From the NCBI GenBank assembly GCA_014905635.1, contig JABVCE010000003.1, positions 310,001 to 374,000 of the forward strand: a stretch of DNA of 64,000 nt. Reading direction: 5' to 3'. The notes below the pieces were generated by a model. It did no database searches and had not been told where the DNA came from. It worked only from the letters and a program-made list of their open reading frames with translations. Shown piece by piece: positions 1-11,666 of this stretch (its first letter is position 1; each line of letters starts with the position of its first letter). The position numbers and the translations under genes were made by a program. The DNA comes from Scenedesmus sp. PABB004. Lineage: Eukaryota.

Positions 1-591
1 CCGCGCGCGCCGGCCGAGCAGGCGGTCCATGCCGGCGCGGCGCGGCGCGGCGCGCTCGCCAGCAGTCCTGCTGGCTCACACACGCGCGTGCCGCTGCTGC
101 GCCGCGCCGAGCCGGCGGGGGCCGCGGGGCATGGCCTGCGCCGGAGCCAGCGGCTGCCGCCGTGTGCGCGGCGGCGGGGCTGCGGCGGCGCCGCGAGGCG
201 GTTGGCAGCGGCGCGCGCCGACGTTCGGCGGGGGCCTGCGCGGCGAGGCCTGTGCGGCGAGGGCTGTGCAGCGGCGAGGGGGACTCTGCCGGGCGGTCTG
301 GGGGGCGATCGGAGCTGCAGCGCGCTGACAGCAGGGCAGCAGGGCAGCAAACCCTCGCGCTTCTGCAGTCTGCCCTGCTGTCATGCTTTGAGCGCCCGCA
401 CCCTCGCCGCAGAACGCACCGCCAGGACGATCCACCCACGCCGCCACCACGCGCAGCTCGGCACGCAGAGAGACAGCGCCCCAGCTCGCAATCACCGCCC
501 CCCAGCGCCCCGCCCGCCGCGCCAGCGCGCTTGCCCGCTCGCCCCGACACCCCTCCGGAGTCCCCGGCGCCTCACGAGCAGCCGCAGCGCC

Positions 592-1418
592 ATGGTGCGG
601 GACCGGCAGGCGCCGGCGGGGGCCGCCGCTGCTGCCGCCGCCCGGCGCTCACGCGCTGCCGCGCCGCGCCGCGCCGCAGGAGATGCACCACAAGCTCCGC
701 CGCGACCCGTCGTGGCACCCCAACGGCTGCAACCTCTGCGGCCAGGTGCGCTGGCGGCGCCAGGCGCTGCCGAGCGCGGCTCGCCGGCCGCGGTCGCTGA
801 CGCCGCGCGGCCGCTCCCGCCCGCCGCTGCGGCGGCGCGCAGCTGGGCCACCAAGCGGCGGAGTGCCCCAACGGCACGGTGAACTGGAAGGCCATATACG
901 GCGAGGACACGTTTGTGCTGCGGCCGCCCGTGTACGAGAGCCAGCTGCGCGAGCGGCGCAAGCTCAAGACCGTCGACGCCGCCGACCTGACGCGCCGCGC
1001 CGAGGAGTTTGCAAAGGCCGCGCTCGAGAAGCAGGGCAAGGCGTGGGAGGAGGTGCAGCGCGAGGCGGAGGCCTCGCAGACCGCCGTGCAGCCGCCGGCG
1101 GCGCAGGCAGCAGCAGACGCGGGCGGCGCGGCGGCGCAGCCGGCGGCGGCAGGTGCGCGCGGCCGGCGGCGGCGGCGGCGGCGGCGGGCCGCGCGTGCGC
1201 CCGTGCGCCCGTGCGTGCCGCGCCAAAGCCCACGCCGCCGGCCCCGCGCGGTGCTGGCCGCCCGCCCCGCCCCGCCGCCGCCGACGCCAGGAAGCGCGCC
1301 CAAGCCGGACGAGGGGCTGCCGGAGGGCTGGGCCGTCGCGCACGACCCCAACGGCAAGCCCTACTACTGGCACAAGGCGACGCAGAAAGTGCAGTGGGAC
1401 AAGCCCACCGCCGCGTGA
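592..1418 (+). CDS. CCHC zinc-knuckle + WW-domain protein (4 exons: 592-609, 680-745, 843-1152, 1291-1418)
   Basis: Splicing gives MVRDRQEMHHKLRRDPSWHPNGCNLCGQLGHQAAEC (C-x2-C-x4-H-x4-C across intron 2) and a C-terminal WW domain LPEGWAVAHDPNGKPYYWHKATQKVQWDKP. Intron 1 is GC-AG. Confidence 0.8.
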
Positions 1419-1751
1419 GCAGTGGCGGCGCGGTGTCGGCACTTTGCACGTCCGGCGTCGTAACCCGCGCCGGCGTGTGACCGCGTGGCGCCCCCGCCAC
1501 TGGCGAGCAAGCAGGCTCAGCAGGGCGGTCCCGATCCGCTGCCGGCCGACACCGCCGCCGCTGCGGAGCCCCGACCGTTGCGCCGCCGCCGCTGTCGCCG
1601 CGGCCTGGCTGCCCGCCCGCCCGGCCCTCGAGCCGGCAGTCCACACGCCCGTCGTCGACACGCACACGCGCACGCCAGCGCTCGCCCGCCGGCGCGTTGG
1701 AGGGGCCGTCGCTGCTGCTGCTCCCGCGCTCGCGCGGGGCGGGTGGGCAAG

Positions 1752-4700
1752 CTGGGCTGTGCGGGCTCCAAGGAGGCTGATCGCGAGCCCGTCGGGAGCA
1801 GCGACGCGTGCGTGTGCCACGGGCCGCGCTCGCGCCCGCCGACTGGCGCCCACGCGCCCCGGATCGGCCGCGCCGCCCGGCCCCGGCTCGCGGCCCGGCT
1901 CCTGGCGCGGCCTGAGCGCGCGGGCTGAGCGCGGCCCGCTGCCTCGCCCGCGCGCAGGTCAGCACCAGCACCCGGCGCCAAGGGGCAGCAGCCCGCTGGG
2001 CAGGCGCCCGCTGCTGCTGCCCTCCCTGCGGGGCAGCAAGCGGCGGGCCTAGGTGCGCGGACAGCCGCGCCAACGGGGGCGGCCGCGCCCGGGAGGGGTG
2101 TGCATGCTTCTGCGCTCGCCCACCGCCCCCGCGCGCGAGCGGGGCCCCCTGCGCCCGTGCCGACGCGCCCCCCGCCGCCCGCGCGCAGGTACCACACCAT
2201 GCCGCGAGGACAGCTTCAGCCGGCAGCTCGCGGCGCTCGCGCCGCTCGCGGCGGCGCAGCAGCAGCAGCAGCGGGCGGGCGGCGAGGGCAGCCACCGGGG
2301 CGGCGAGGGCAGCAACCGGGGCGTGCACCGCGCCGGCAGCGCTGAGTACGGGCCCGGGCCGTACAGCGTCGCGTCGTACGATGACACGCACGGCACCGAC
2401 AGCGCGGCGTCGACGCCGCGCTCGCGGTCGAGCTGGGCGCCGTCGCACGGCAGCCACCAGCCGCCCTCCAGGTGGGGCGCGCGCGGGGAGGGTCTGGCCC
2501 GCTGCCGGACACGGTCGCGTGCACCGCCCGCGGCGGTGCCGCGGGGCGCCCCCTCGCGGGGGGCCGCCGCTCGCGCGCGCCGCCGCGCGCCCGCGCTCAG
2601 TCGCGCGCGCCCGCCCGCCCGCCCTGCGCGGCACCAGGGGCGCGTCGGCGTCTGGCGCGGCGGAGATGCGCTCCGCGAGCGGCGGCAAGCTGCGGCGGCC
2701 GCCGCGCGCGACCAGCAGCGGGCTGCGCAGCGCGCTGCTGGGGGAGCACATGCAGCCGAGCTTCACCGACAGCGTGACCAACACAACCAACAGCAGCGAG
2801 GCGTCACCGCGGAGAGGGTGCGCGCGCGGCGCTGCGGGAGTCGGGCGGCCGGGCCTCCCGCCGTGAGCTGCGCGGCCGGCCCCGCCCCGCGGCGCTGCGC
2901 TGCACTGATCGCGCGCCGCGCCGCTCTCTCTCCTGCCGCCGCGCAGGGGCCAGGGCGAGGGCGAGCGGGACGGGGGCGACCGCGACTGGTTCCGCAGCGG
3001 CAGCGGCCTGCTGGACAGCGGCAGCCACCCGCTGCCGCGGCTGAACAGCGACGACCCCGGCGGCGCCGCGCGGCGCCTGGGCAGCTTTGGCCAGCACTCT
3101 GGCGACGGCGACGGCGCGTCGGCGTACGGTGACGGCGCGTCGACGTTTGGCGGCAGCAGCGTGACGGGCGGCTTTGGCGGCCTGCGCGCGCACAGCATGA
3201 CGAGCGCGAGCACGGCGCACGGGCGGCGGCACAGCCTCGAGCCGCACACCGCGGGCAAGATGTCGCTGCTGCAGCTGCAGCGCGCGATCGAGAAGATCAT
3301 GGTCAGCGACGGCGAGATGTACGCCAAGCTCCAGGCGGGGCTCAAGGGCATCCACAGCCTCGCGCGCGAGACCGACCGCCTGCGCGTCGCGCGCGACGTG
3401 ACCGGCGCGACGTGCATCAACCAGTACGTCGTGGTCAAGACGCTCGGGCGCGGGAGCTACGGCAAGGTCAAGCTCTGCCTCAACACGCTCGACGGCTCGC
3501 TCTACGCCATCAAGATGATGAACCGCTCGTGCCTGCTGCGCACGCTGCAGCGCCCCGGGCGCGCAGGGCTGCGCAAGCCGACGCGGCGCAGCATCAGCGC
3601 GGGCAGCGGCATCGGCACGCCGGGGCCGGCGCCCGCCGCGCCGCCGGCGCCGCCGGCGCGCGCCGAGGCGGACGAGGCGGGCGATGTCAACCGGGAGATC
3701 GCGATCCTCAAGAAGCTGGACCACCCCAACGTCGTCAAGCTCTACGAGGTGCGGCCGCGACTCGCGGCGCGGCGCGTGGGGGTGGTGCGCGCGCGGCGCT
3801 CACGCGCGCCCCGCCGCCGCCGCCACTGCCGCTGCTCCCCGCCAGGTGATCGACCCGCCCGGCAGCCAGTACATGATGCTGGTGATGGAGTTCCTGGAGA
3901 AGGGGCCCGTGCTGCAGGTGCGGGGGGGGGGGGGGCCTGCGCCGGCAGCGGCCGCGTGCCGCGCGCCGCCGCGCCGCCGCGCCGCCGCGCCGCCGCGCCG
4001 CCGCGCCCACTCCTCCGCCCGCGCCGCGCCCACGCCTCCGCGCCCTCCGCGCTGCGCTCGCCAGACGCTGGACCAGGCCGGCTTTGACTGCCTGCCCGAG
4101 GAGGTCGCGGCGGACTACTTCCGCCAGGCCGTGGCGGGGCTGGAGTACCTGCACTTCCACAAGGTCGTGCACGGCGACATCAAGCCCGAGAACCTGCTCG
4201 TCTCGAGCAACGGCGAGCTCAAGATCAGCGACTTTGGCTGCAGCCGCATGGCCGACGGCAAGAGCAGCCACACGCGGCTGAGCGGCACGCCCGCGTTCAC
4301 CGCGCCGGAGCTCGTGTCGGGCAACGCGGCCGACCCGTTTGCGGCCGACGTGTGGGCGCTGGGCGCGGTGCTCTACTGCTTCATCTACGGCCGCCTGCCC
4401 TTCCAGGGCGGCAGCGTGCTCGACGTGTTCAAGGCCATCACCGGCACGCCGCTCGCGCTGCCCGACGACACGCCGATCAGCCCCAGCCTGCGGCACCTCT
4501 TCGGCCGCCTCTTTGACAAGGACCCCGCCACGCGCATCACGCTGCAGGCGCGCGCGCGCGCGGCGGCGGCGCAGCGCTGCGCGCGGGGCGACGCGCGCGA
4601 CACAGCGCGCACAGCACGCACAGCGCGCGCCCGCCGACGCCCGCCCGCGCCGCCGACACCCGCCCGCGCCGCCGCGGCGCGCGCAGGAGGTCATGGCGCA

Positions 4701-5041
4701 CCCGTGGGTGACGGACGAGGGCCGCGTGCCGCTGCAGGCGTGCGCCGACATGGGGCTGGGGCTCATCGAGGTCACCGCGCAGGAGCAGCTCGGCGCGATC
4801 GACCGCGCGAGCGTGGTCAGCATGATCCGCGCGCGCCTCAAGGAGAAGGCCTTCCGCAACAGGGAGCACCTCTTCACGGTGGTGCGCGGCCCGCGCCGGC
4901 GCAGACAAACGCCCGCCCGCCGCCCCGCGCCCGCGCGCGCGCGCGCGCGCGCGCCGCGCGCGCCCGCGCGCCCGCCCGCCCGCCAACCCACCCGCGCCTC
5001 CGCCCTGCCTCCCTGCCTCTCCCTCTCCCTGCCTGCCTGCC

Positions 5042-5109
<68 letters not shown>

Positions 5110-6093
5110 GGCGCGCCGATGAACTGCGTCTACTTTGTGATGAGCGGCGTGGTCGAGATCACCAAGACCGCGACGCTCGATGACGCGGAGCGCGACGCGA
5201 GCGCGGGCGCGTCGATCGAGCAGAGCTTCACCGTCGACCTGGACGAGTCGCTCATGCTCGACTGCTCGCTCGCGGGCCTCGGCGCGGAGGGCCTCTTCCC
5301 GAGCGCCGCCGTCAACGGGCGGCTGCACATCGACCGCAGCAAGGCGCGCGACCTGCGCAGCCGGCAGCGCAGCTACCTGGTGGAGGGCAGCGAGGTGGTG
5401 ATCGACGTCAAGGGCCCCGGCCAGGTCGTGGGCGAGGTGTTCATGCAGGACACGCCGCCGCCGTGCCGCTACAGCGCGCGCGCGCGCGGCGAGGTGCTCG
5501 CGCTCAAGCTCACGCAGGAGAACTACGTGCGCGCGCTCGCGGCGATGTACTACGAGGCCGAGAACGGCGCGCGCGCGGTCGCGGCGAGCACGACGCCGAG
5601 CGGCCGCCCGCTGCCCGGGCCGAGCGCGAGCAGCCCGGGCCTGCTCGGGAGCGGGCTGACCGCGGCGCAGCGCGCCGCGCTCGTCGCCGGCGACGGCGCG
5701 GGCAGCAGCGCCGCCGCCGCGGCCGCGGGCGGCGGCGGCGCGCTCGCCGCGGCGCTCGCGGCGGGGCTGCTCGACGGCGGCGGCCCGCTCGGCGACGGCC
5801 TCGCGCCGCGCGGGGCGGGCGGGGACGGCCCCACGTCGGCGCCCATCCCCCGCGGCGCGAGCATCACCAGTCGCACGAGCGGCGTGAGCATGGACGACAG
5901 CACCTCCGCGCTCGCCGCGGGCCTGCACAGCAGCAGCGGCAGCCTCACGCGGCCCGCGCCGCGCAGCTCGAGCCGCCTCGGCAGCGCCGGGGAGGGGCCC
6001 GGCATGGACAGCGTGCCGCTGCACCTGCTGGCGGTGGGCTCGGACGCGGAGGAGGAGGAGGCGGCGGCGGCGGCGGCGGCGGGCACGGTGTGA
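1752..6093 (+). CDS. Ser/Thr kinase, CaMKK/GRIK(SnAK)-like, with C-terminal cyclic-nucleotide-binding-like domain (9 exons: 1752-1807, 1958-2052, 2189-2471, 2638-2817, 2947-3748, 3846-3917, 4065-4547, 4687-4881, 5110-6093)
   Basis: INQYVVVKTLGRGSYGKV, YAIK, HGDIKPEN, DFG, GTPAFTAPE, DVWALG; C-terminal HLFTVGAPMNCVYFVMSGVVEI...GPGQVVGE...YSARA. All intron phases are consistent. The start is an inferred CTG (see findings). Confidence 0.85.
5044..5107 (+). repeat. (CT)n microsatellite forming the pyrimidine tract of kinase intron 8
   Basis: Perfect CT run ending at the CAG acceptor (5109). Confidence 0.95.
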
Positions 6094-6185
6094 GCTCGAG
6101 CGCGCACGCGCCAGGGCGGGGCCACAGCGCTGTGGCGGGGGCGCAGGGCGCAGGGCGCAGCACGGGAACGGGTGTGTCGCGGCCT

Positions 6186-6186
<1 letters not shown>

Positions 6187-6277
<91 letters not shown>
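6187..6277. repeat. (GT)n microsatellite in kinase 3' UTR
   Basis: Perfect GT dinucleotide run. Confidence 0.95.
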
Positions 6278-6278
<1 letters not shown>

Positions 6279-6698
6279 TGCTCCTTTGATGTCGCTGTGT
6301 GCCTGATGCATGCGCAAACAACGCAGGAGCACGGCAGCGCGCACGGCGGTGCGCAAGGTCGTGCGCACGCCGTGCCGCGCCGCGGCCGTGCCCCCCTCAA
6401 CGAGACACTGCCACTGCCATTCGGTAGACTGACCACCGACTTTGCTGTCGCTCCGTGTTCCTCTCTGTTTGGGCAGGCAAAATGCCCGCCGGCCGCCGTG
6501 CGTGCCGGCTGGCCTGTCGGCGGTGCCCGGCGGCGCCCCCAGCGCACTGAGCTGCGCGTGCGCGCCCAGCTGCGAAAAGAACGCCGCAGTCGGGCCGAGC
6601 GATTGCAGCCGCCGCTGGCTGACGTCGGGGGAGGGATGGCCGGCGGGATCTGTTTGCGCGCAGACCAGAGCTCTGAGCCCTCGAGGGAGCTCCGCACA

Positions 6699-6742
6699 TG
6701 TAACATTCCCCATCGCGTCGGCACATGCGGACACAGTTTACA
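6699..6742. terminator. Paired convergent UGUAA poly(A) signals (kinase + at 6699-6703; ClpP5 - at 6742-6738)
   Basis: TGTAA on + and TTACA 35 nt later, between two convergent genes. UGUAA is the known chlorophyte poly(A) signal. Confidence 0.65.
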
Positions 6743-6790
6743 TGAGTGAGGCCGCCCCCGCGCAGCCGCCGCCCCCACGCTCGCGCGCGC

Positions 6791-8609
6791 TCACGCGCTG
6801 CCGGCGGTGGCCAGGTCGCGCGCAGGCAGCACCTGCGCGCGCGGCGGCGGCGGCGGGCGCGTGAGCGTGCGCCCTCCTTGGAACGGGGCAGCCGCGGCCG
6901 CACGCGCGCCGCGCGGCCGCCCGCGCGCTGGCAGCCGCGCCGGGCGCGCGGCGCGCGCGCCTGGGGCTTGGCGATGATGGCGTCCACGAGGCCATACTCG
7001 ATCGCCTCCTGGGGCGACATGAAAAAGTCGCGGTCGGTGTCGCGCGTGATCGTCTCCATGCTCTGCCCCGTGAACTGGGCCTGTGGCCAGGGCGGGGGCG
7101 GGCGCGGGGTCGGCGCCCGCGCGCGCGCGCGCGGCGCCCGGCGGCGCGCGGCCGTGGCGCCGCCCACGCGGCGAGCCCGGCCGTCGTGCGCCGCGCGCGC
7201 GGCCCCCGGGCGCACGGGCGCACCAGGTAGCCGTTGAGGGTGAGCTTGTGGTGGAGGATCTCGTTGGCCTGGATCTCAATGTCCGTCGCCTGGCCCTGCG
7301 CACCGCCGAGGGGCTGGTGGATCATGATGCGGCTGTTGGGAAGGCTGTAGCGCTTGCCCTGCGGCCGACGCGGTGGCGGCGGCGCACGGGGTGAGACACG
7401 TACGGGGTGAGACAACGAGCGCGGGCGCGCCGCTGCGCCGCCGGCGGCGGGGGCGCCCCCGCCGCGAGGCGCCGGCTGGCGGGCGCGGCGCGCACCTGCT
7501 GGCCCGAGGCGAGCAGGAAGGCGCCCATGGAGGCGGCGAGGCCGATGCACACGGTGCTCACGTCGGGCCGGATGTGGCGCATGGTGTCAAACACGGCCAT
7601 GCCTGCGTTGCCGCGCCACACCGGCGCAGGCGCAGAGTCGGCGCCGCGCCTCGGCGCCGCCGGCGCGCGCGCGCGCGCGGCGCAAAGGGCCCTCCGCGCG
7701 CTGGCTGCGCACGCGCGGCGCGGCGCGGCGCGGCGCGCACCCGCGGTGACGGAGCCGCCGGGGCTGTTGACGTACATGGTGATGTCGCGCGCGTTGTCGG
7801 CGCTGTCGAGGTAGAGCAGCTGCGCGACGATGAGGTTGGCCATGTCGTCGTCGACGGGGCCGCCCATGCGCACGATGCGCTGCGGCGGGCGGCGGCGGCG
7901 GCGAGGAGCGGCGAGGCGCGGCCGCGGCGCGCGGTGAGGCGCGGCTGCGGTGGCCGGCGGCCGGTGGGCGCGGCGTCGCGACTCTGCCGCGCGCCCGCAC
8001 GGCAGGTGGGTGGCGCAGCACCCACCTGCTGGAAGAGCTGCGACACGACCGACTGGAAGCGCTCGACGACGAGCGGGTTGGGCGGCGGCGGGCCCTGGTT
8101 GCACGTGGTCGTCGGCTGCCGGCTCTTGGAGCTCACGAACTCCACCCTGCGCGCGGGCCGGCGGCGCGGGCCGGTCAGGCAACCAACCGCGCGCCCGCCG
8201 CGCACCGCCGCGCGCCGCCGCGCTGCCGCGCGCGTGCGCGCCGCCGCGCACCGCAGCTCCGACGCCGGCATCCACAGCTTGGGCTCGCTGCTCTGCCTGC
8301 GGTCGCGAGCGAGAGAGAGCGAGGGGCGGGGCGGGCCGGCACCGCCGGGGTCGGTGCACGGCGAGCGCGTGGCCCAGCCGATCATCTGCTGCTGCCGGCC
8401 CCAGCGCCCGACTGCGCGCCCGCAGCGCGCCGGCGCGGCCAGCATTCGGCGCGGCAGGTCCGATCTCCCGCCCCGGGCAGCCGCATGGGCCGCCTGGCGC
8501 GCCGTGCGCACCTGGAGGCCTGCACCCGCAGCTGCCGGCTGCGCTGCGGCGCCTGCGGCCGCGAGGCCGCACGGCCGCAGCTGCTGCTGGAAGCCTGCAG
8601 CGACGCCAT
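6791..8609 (-). CDS. CLPP5: Plastid ATP-dependent Clp protease proteolytic subunit ClpP5 (8 exons)
   Basis: Transit-peptide-like N-terminus; [43 protein letters not shown] (catalytic Ser), RIMIHQP (His), TDRDFFMS. Last intron is GC-AG. Confidence 0.9.
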
Positions 8610-8959
8610 GGCGGCCCGGCGCTGGGGTGCTGCGCGACTGCTGCTGCCGCGGCGAGGGGCGCCTGGGCTGGCCGCTGCTGGCTGCTGCGGGCGCTGAGAT
8701 CGCGGGAGAGAGCGCACTGGCGGCCGGCGGGCGCCGCAGGCCGCTCGCGCGCCGCCCGCGGCAGCCGGCCGGGCGCCCGGCGGCGCGGCGGCGTGACGAG
8801 CCTGCGCGCCCGCCGCCCAGAGCCTGCCGCGTCCCCGGCCCCGCCCAGAGAGCTCGCCAGCGGCGCCCTCCGCCCGACGCGGCGCGGCAGCACCCGCGGC
8901 GCCTCGCACTCCGCCCGGCGGCAGCGGCGCCGGCACCGGCGCGGCGGCCGAGCGCAGCG

Positions 8960-10830
8960 ATGGCGGCGGCGCCCGACTTTGAGGCCTTGCTGGCGGCATG
9001 CCTGTCGGTCGACAACGCGGTGGGGCGCGCGAGCGAGCGCAGCGCAGCTGCCGCCGGCGCGCCGCCGGCCGCCGGCCCCGCGCGGCGGCGGCCGCCGACC
9101 GCGCGCGCCCGGCGGCTGCGGCGGCCGCAGGTGCGCAAGGCAGCCGAGGACGGCGTGCGCGCGCTGGCGGCGCAGCCGGCGATCGTGCCGGAGCTGCTGC
9201 AGCGCACGGCGGGCGCGGCCGACCCGCAAGTGCGCCAGCTCGCGGCGGTGCTGCTGCGCAAGTGGGGCGCGCGCCACTGGGCGGCGCTGCCGGGCGAGGT
9301 GCGGTCGGGCGCGCAGGAGCTGCTGCTCCAGCGCGTCGCGTGCGAGCCGGTGCACGGCGTGCGGCGCAGCCTCGCGGGCGTGGTCGCCGCGGTCGCGAGC
9401 CAGGCGGTGCCGGCGGGGCACTGGCCGGGGCTGCTCGGCTTCCTGCAGCAGGCGGCCGCGGCGGAGAGCGCGGAGCACCGCGAGGTCGGCCTGCTGCTCT
9501 TCGCCGCGCTGTTCGAGACCATCGGTGCGCGCGCGCGGGGGCGCGCCCCGCGAGCGGCACGCGGCGAGCGGCCCGCGGCCGCGCGCGGCGGCGCCGCCGC
9601 CCGCCCGCCGCACTGCGCGCTTGCGTCGCCGCGCGCGCCGCCCGACCCGCGCCCGCCGCCCGACCCGCGCCCGCCCCGCGCCGCGGCCAGGCGAGCACCT
9701 GCAGCCGCACGTCCCGGCCATCCTCGCGGCGCTCGCGGCGGGCGCGGCGCACCCGAGCGGCCTCGTGCAGGCGGCGGCGCTGAGCGCGGTCGAGCCGCTG
9801 CTGCCGTTTGTGAGCGACGCCCAGGTCCCAGACTTCCACCGCCTGCTGGCGGCGCTGCTGCCGTGCGCCCAGGCGGCGCTGGCGGCCGGCAACGAGGAGC
9901 TGCTGGTGCAGCTGTGCATGGTGCTGGTCGAGGTCGCGGAGAGCCCCGCGCCGCTGCTGCAGCCGTGCCTGCAGCAGGTCCTGGAGATGTGCATGGCCGT
10001 CGCGACGCGGCGCGACTTTGAGCCCGCCACGCGCGAGCAGGCGCTGCACCTGCTGCACTGGATGGCGCAGTGAGGCGCCGCGCGCGCGCGCGCGCGCCGC
10101 GCCGCCGTCGCGGGCAGCTGCTGCGCCGCCGCGCGCGCCGGCCCGCGCTCGTGGCGGCGGCGGCGGGCGCGCTCACGCGCCGCGCCGTGGCGTCGCGCGC
10201 CCAGGTTTAAGCCCAAGCAGCTGACGCGGCTCAAGCCGCTGCTCAAGGCCATCGTCGAGGCGCTGTGCGAGATGGCGGCCGAGCCCGCGGCCGACGACGC
10301 GGACGACGCCGACGACCTGCCGCCCGCCAAGGTCGCCGCGCAGGCGCTCGACGCGCTCGCCGTCGCGCTCAACAGCCAGCACGTCTTCCCCACGGCCTGG
10401 CACTTTGTGCAGTGAGCGCCGCGCGCACCGCGCCGCTCCTCGCGGCGGCCGCGCGCAGCGCGCCGGCGCGCGCCCGCGCCCGCCTAGCCCGCCGCGCCCC
10501 GCCCCGCCCCGCGCGGCCCGCCAGGGCCGCCGCCGCCTCGCCCGACCCGCACCGCCGCGCGGCGGGCATGATGGTGTGCGCCGTGCTGTCGGAGGGCTGC
10601 GCCGAGCCGCTGCGCCGGCGGCTCGGCGCGGCGCTGCCGCTGCTGCTCGCGGGCCTCGCGGACGGCGCGGCGCCGGTGCGCGCGGCCGCGGCGTTTGCGC
10701 TGGGGCAGTTTGCCGAGTACCTCCAGCCCGAGATACTGGGCCACTACCGGGAGGTCATGCCGCGCGTGGCGGGCCTGCTGCGCGACGCCGACGCGGGCGT
10801 GCAGGAGCGCGGCTGCTACGGTGCGCGCGC

Positions 10831-10894
<64 letters not shown>

Positions 10895-11631
10895 TGCCGC
10901 CGCCGCCGCTGTGGCGCTCGCGCCGGGGGCCGCTGCGCCGCGCCCGACCGCGCCGCGCCGCCGCGCCGCCGCCGCCTGGCGCAGCGCTGGACACGTTCTG
11001 CGAGAACCTGGAGGCGTCCGAGCTGCTGCCCTACATGCCGCAGCTGGTGGAGACGCTGCTGTGCGTGCTGGCGGCGTCGCGGCCGGCGGTGCAGGAGATG
11101 GCGCTGAGCGCGGTCGCCAGCATCGCCGCGGCGGCGCAGGGCGCGTTCCAGCCCTACGCGGGTGCGGCGGCCTGGTGGTGGGGGGGGGGAGCGCCGGCCC
11201 AGCCCACCCGTCCTGCCTGGCGCGCACAGCGCACAGCGCACTCGCCGCGCCCGCCGCGCCACGCCACGCCGCGCAGGCGCGGTGCTTCCGGTGCTTGACC
11301 ACTTCATGCGCGCGCCTGGCAAGGACCTGCTGCTATGCCGCTGCCGCGCGGTCGAGTGCGCGGGGCTGCTCGTGTCTGCGCTGGGGCCGAGCGACGCAGT
11401 CGTGGGGCCGCACGTGGGCGCCATGCTGGAGCTCGTGCTCGCCGGCTTTGCCGCGACGGACAGCCCCGACCTGCGCGACTACAGCCACGCCATGTTTGCA
11501 AACGTCGCCAAGGCGCTCGGCGAGGGCTTTGCGCCCTGGCTGCCGCGCGTGGTGCCGCTCGCGTTTGCGAGCTGCGCCGCGGAGGACGGGCAGGCCGACG
11601 CCGGCGGCGGCACAGACGGCGCCAGCGAGGG

Positions 11632-11666
<35 letters not shown>

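Noticed and set aside
1..591. A coding gene in the first 590 bp
   Set aside because: No recognisable domain or codon pattern. It may be promoter/UTR or the start of a gene lying outside the window.
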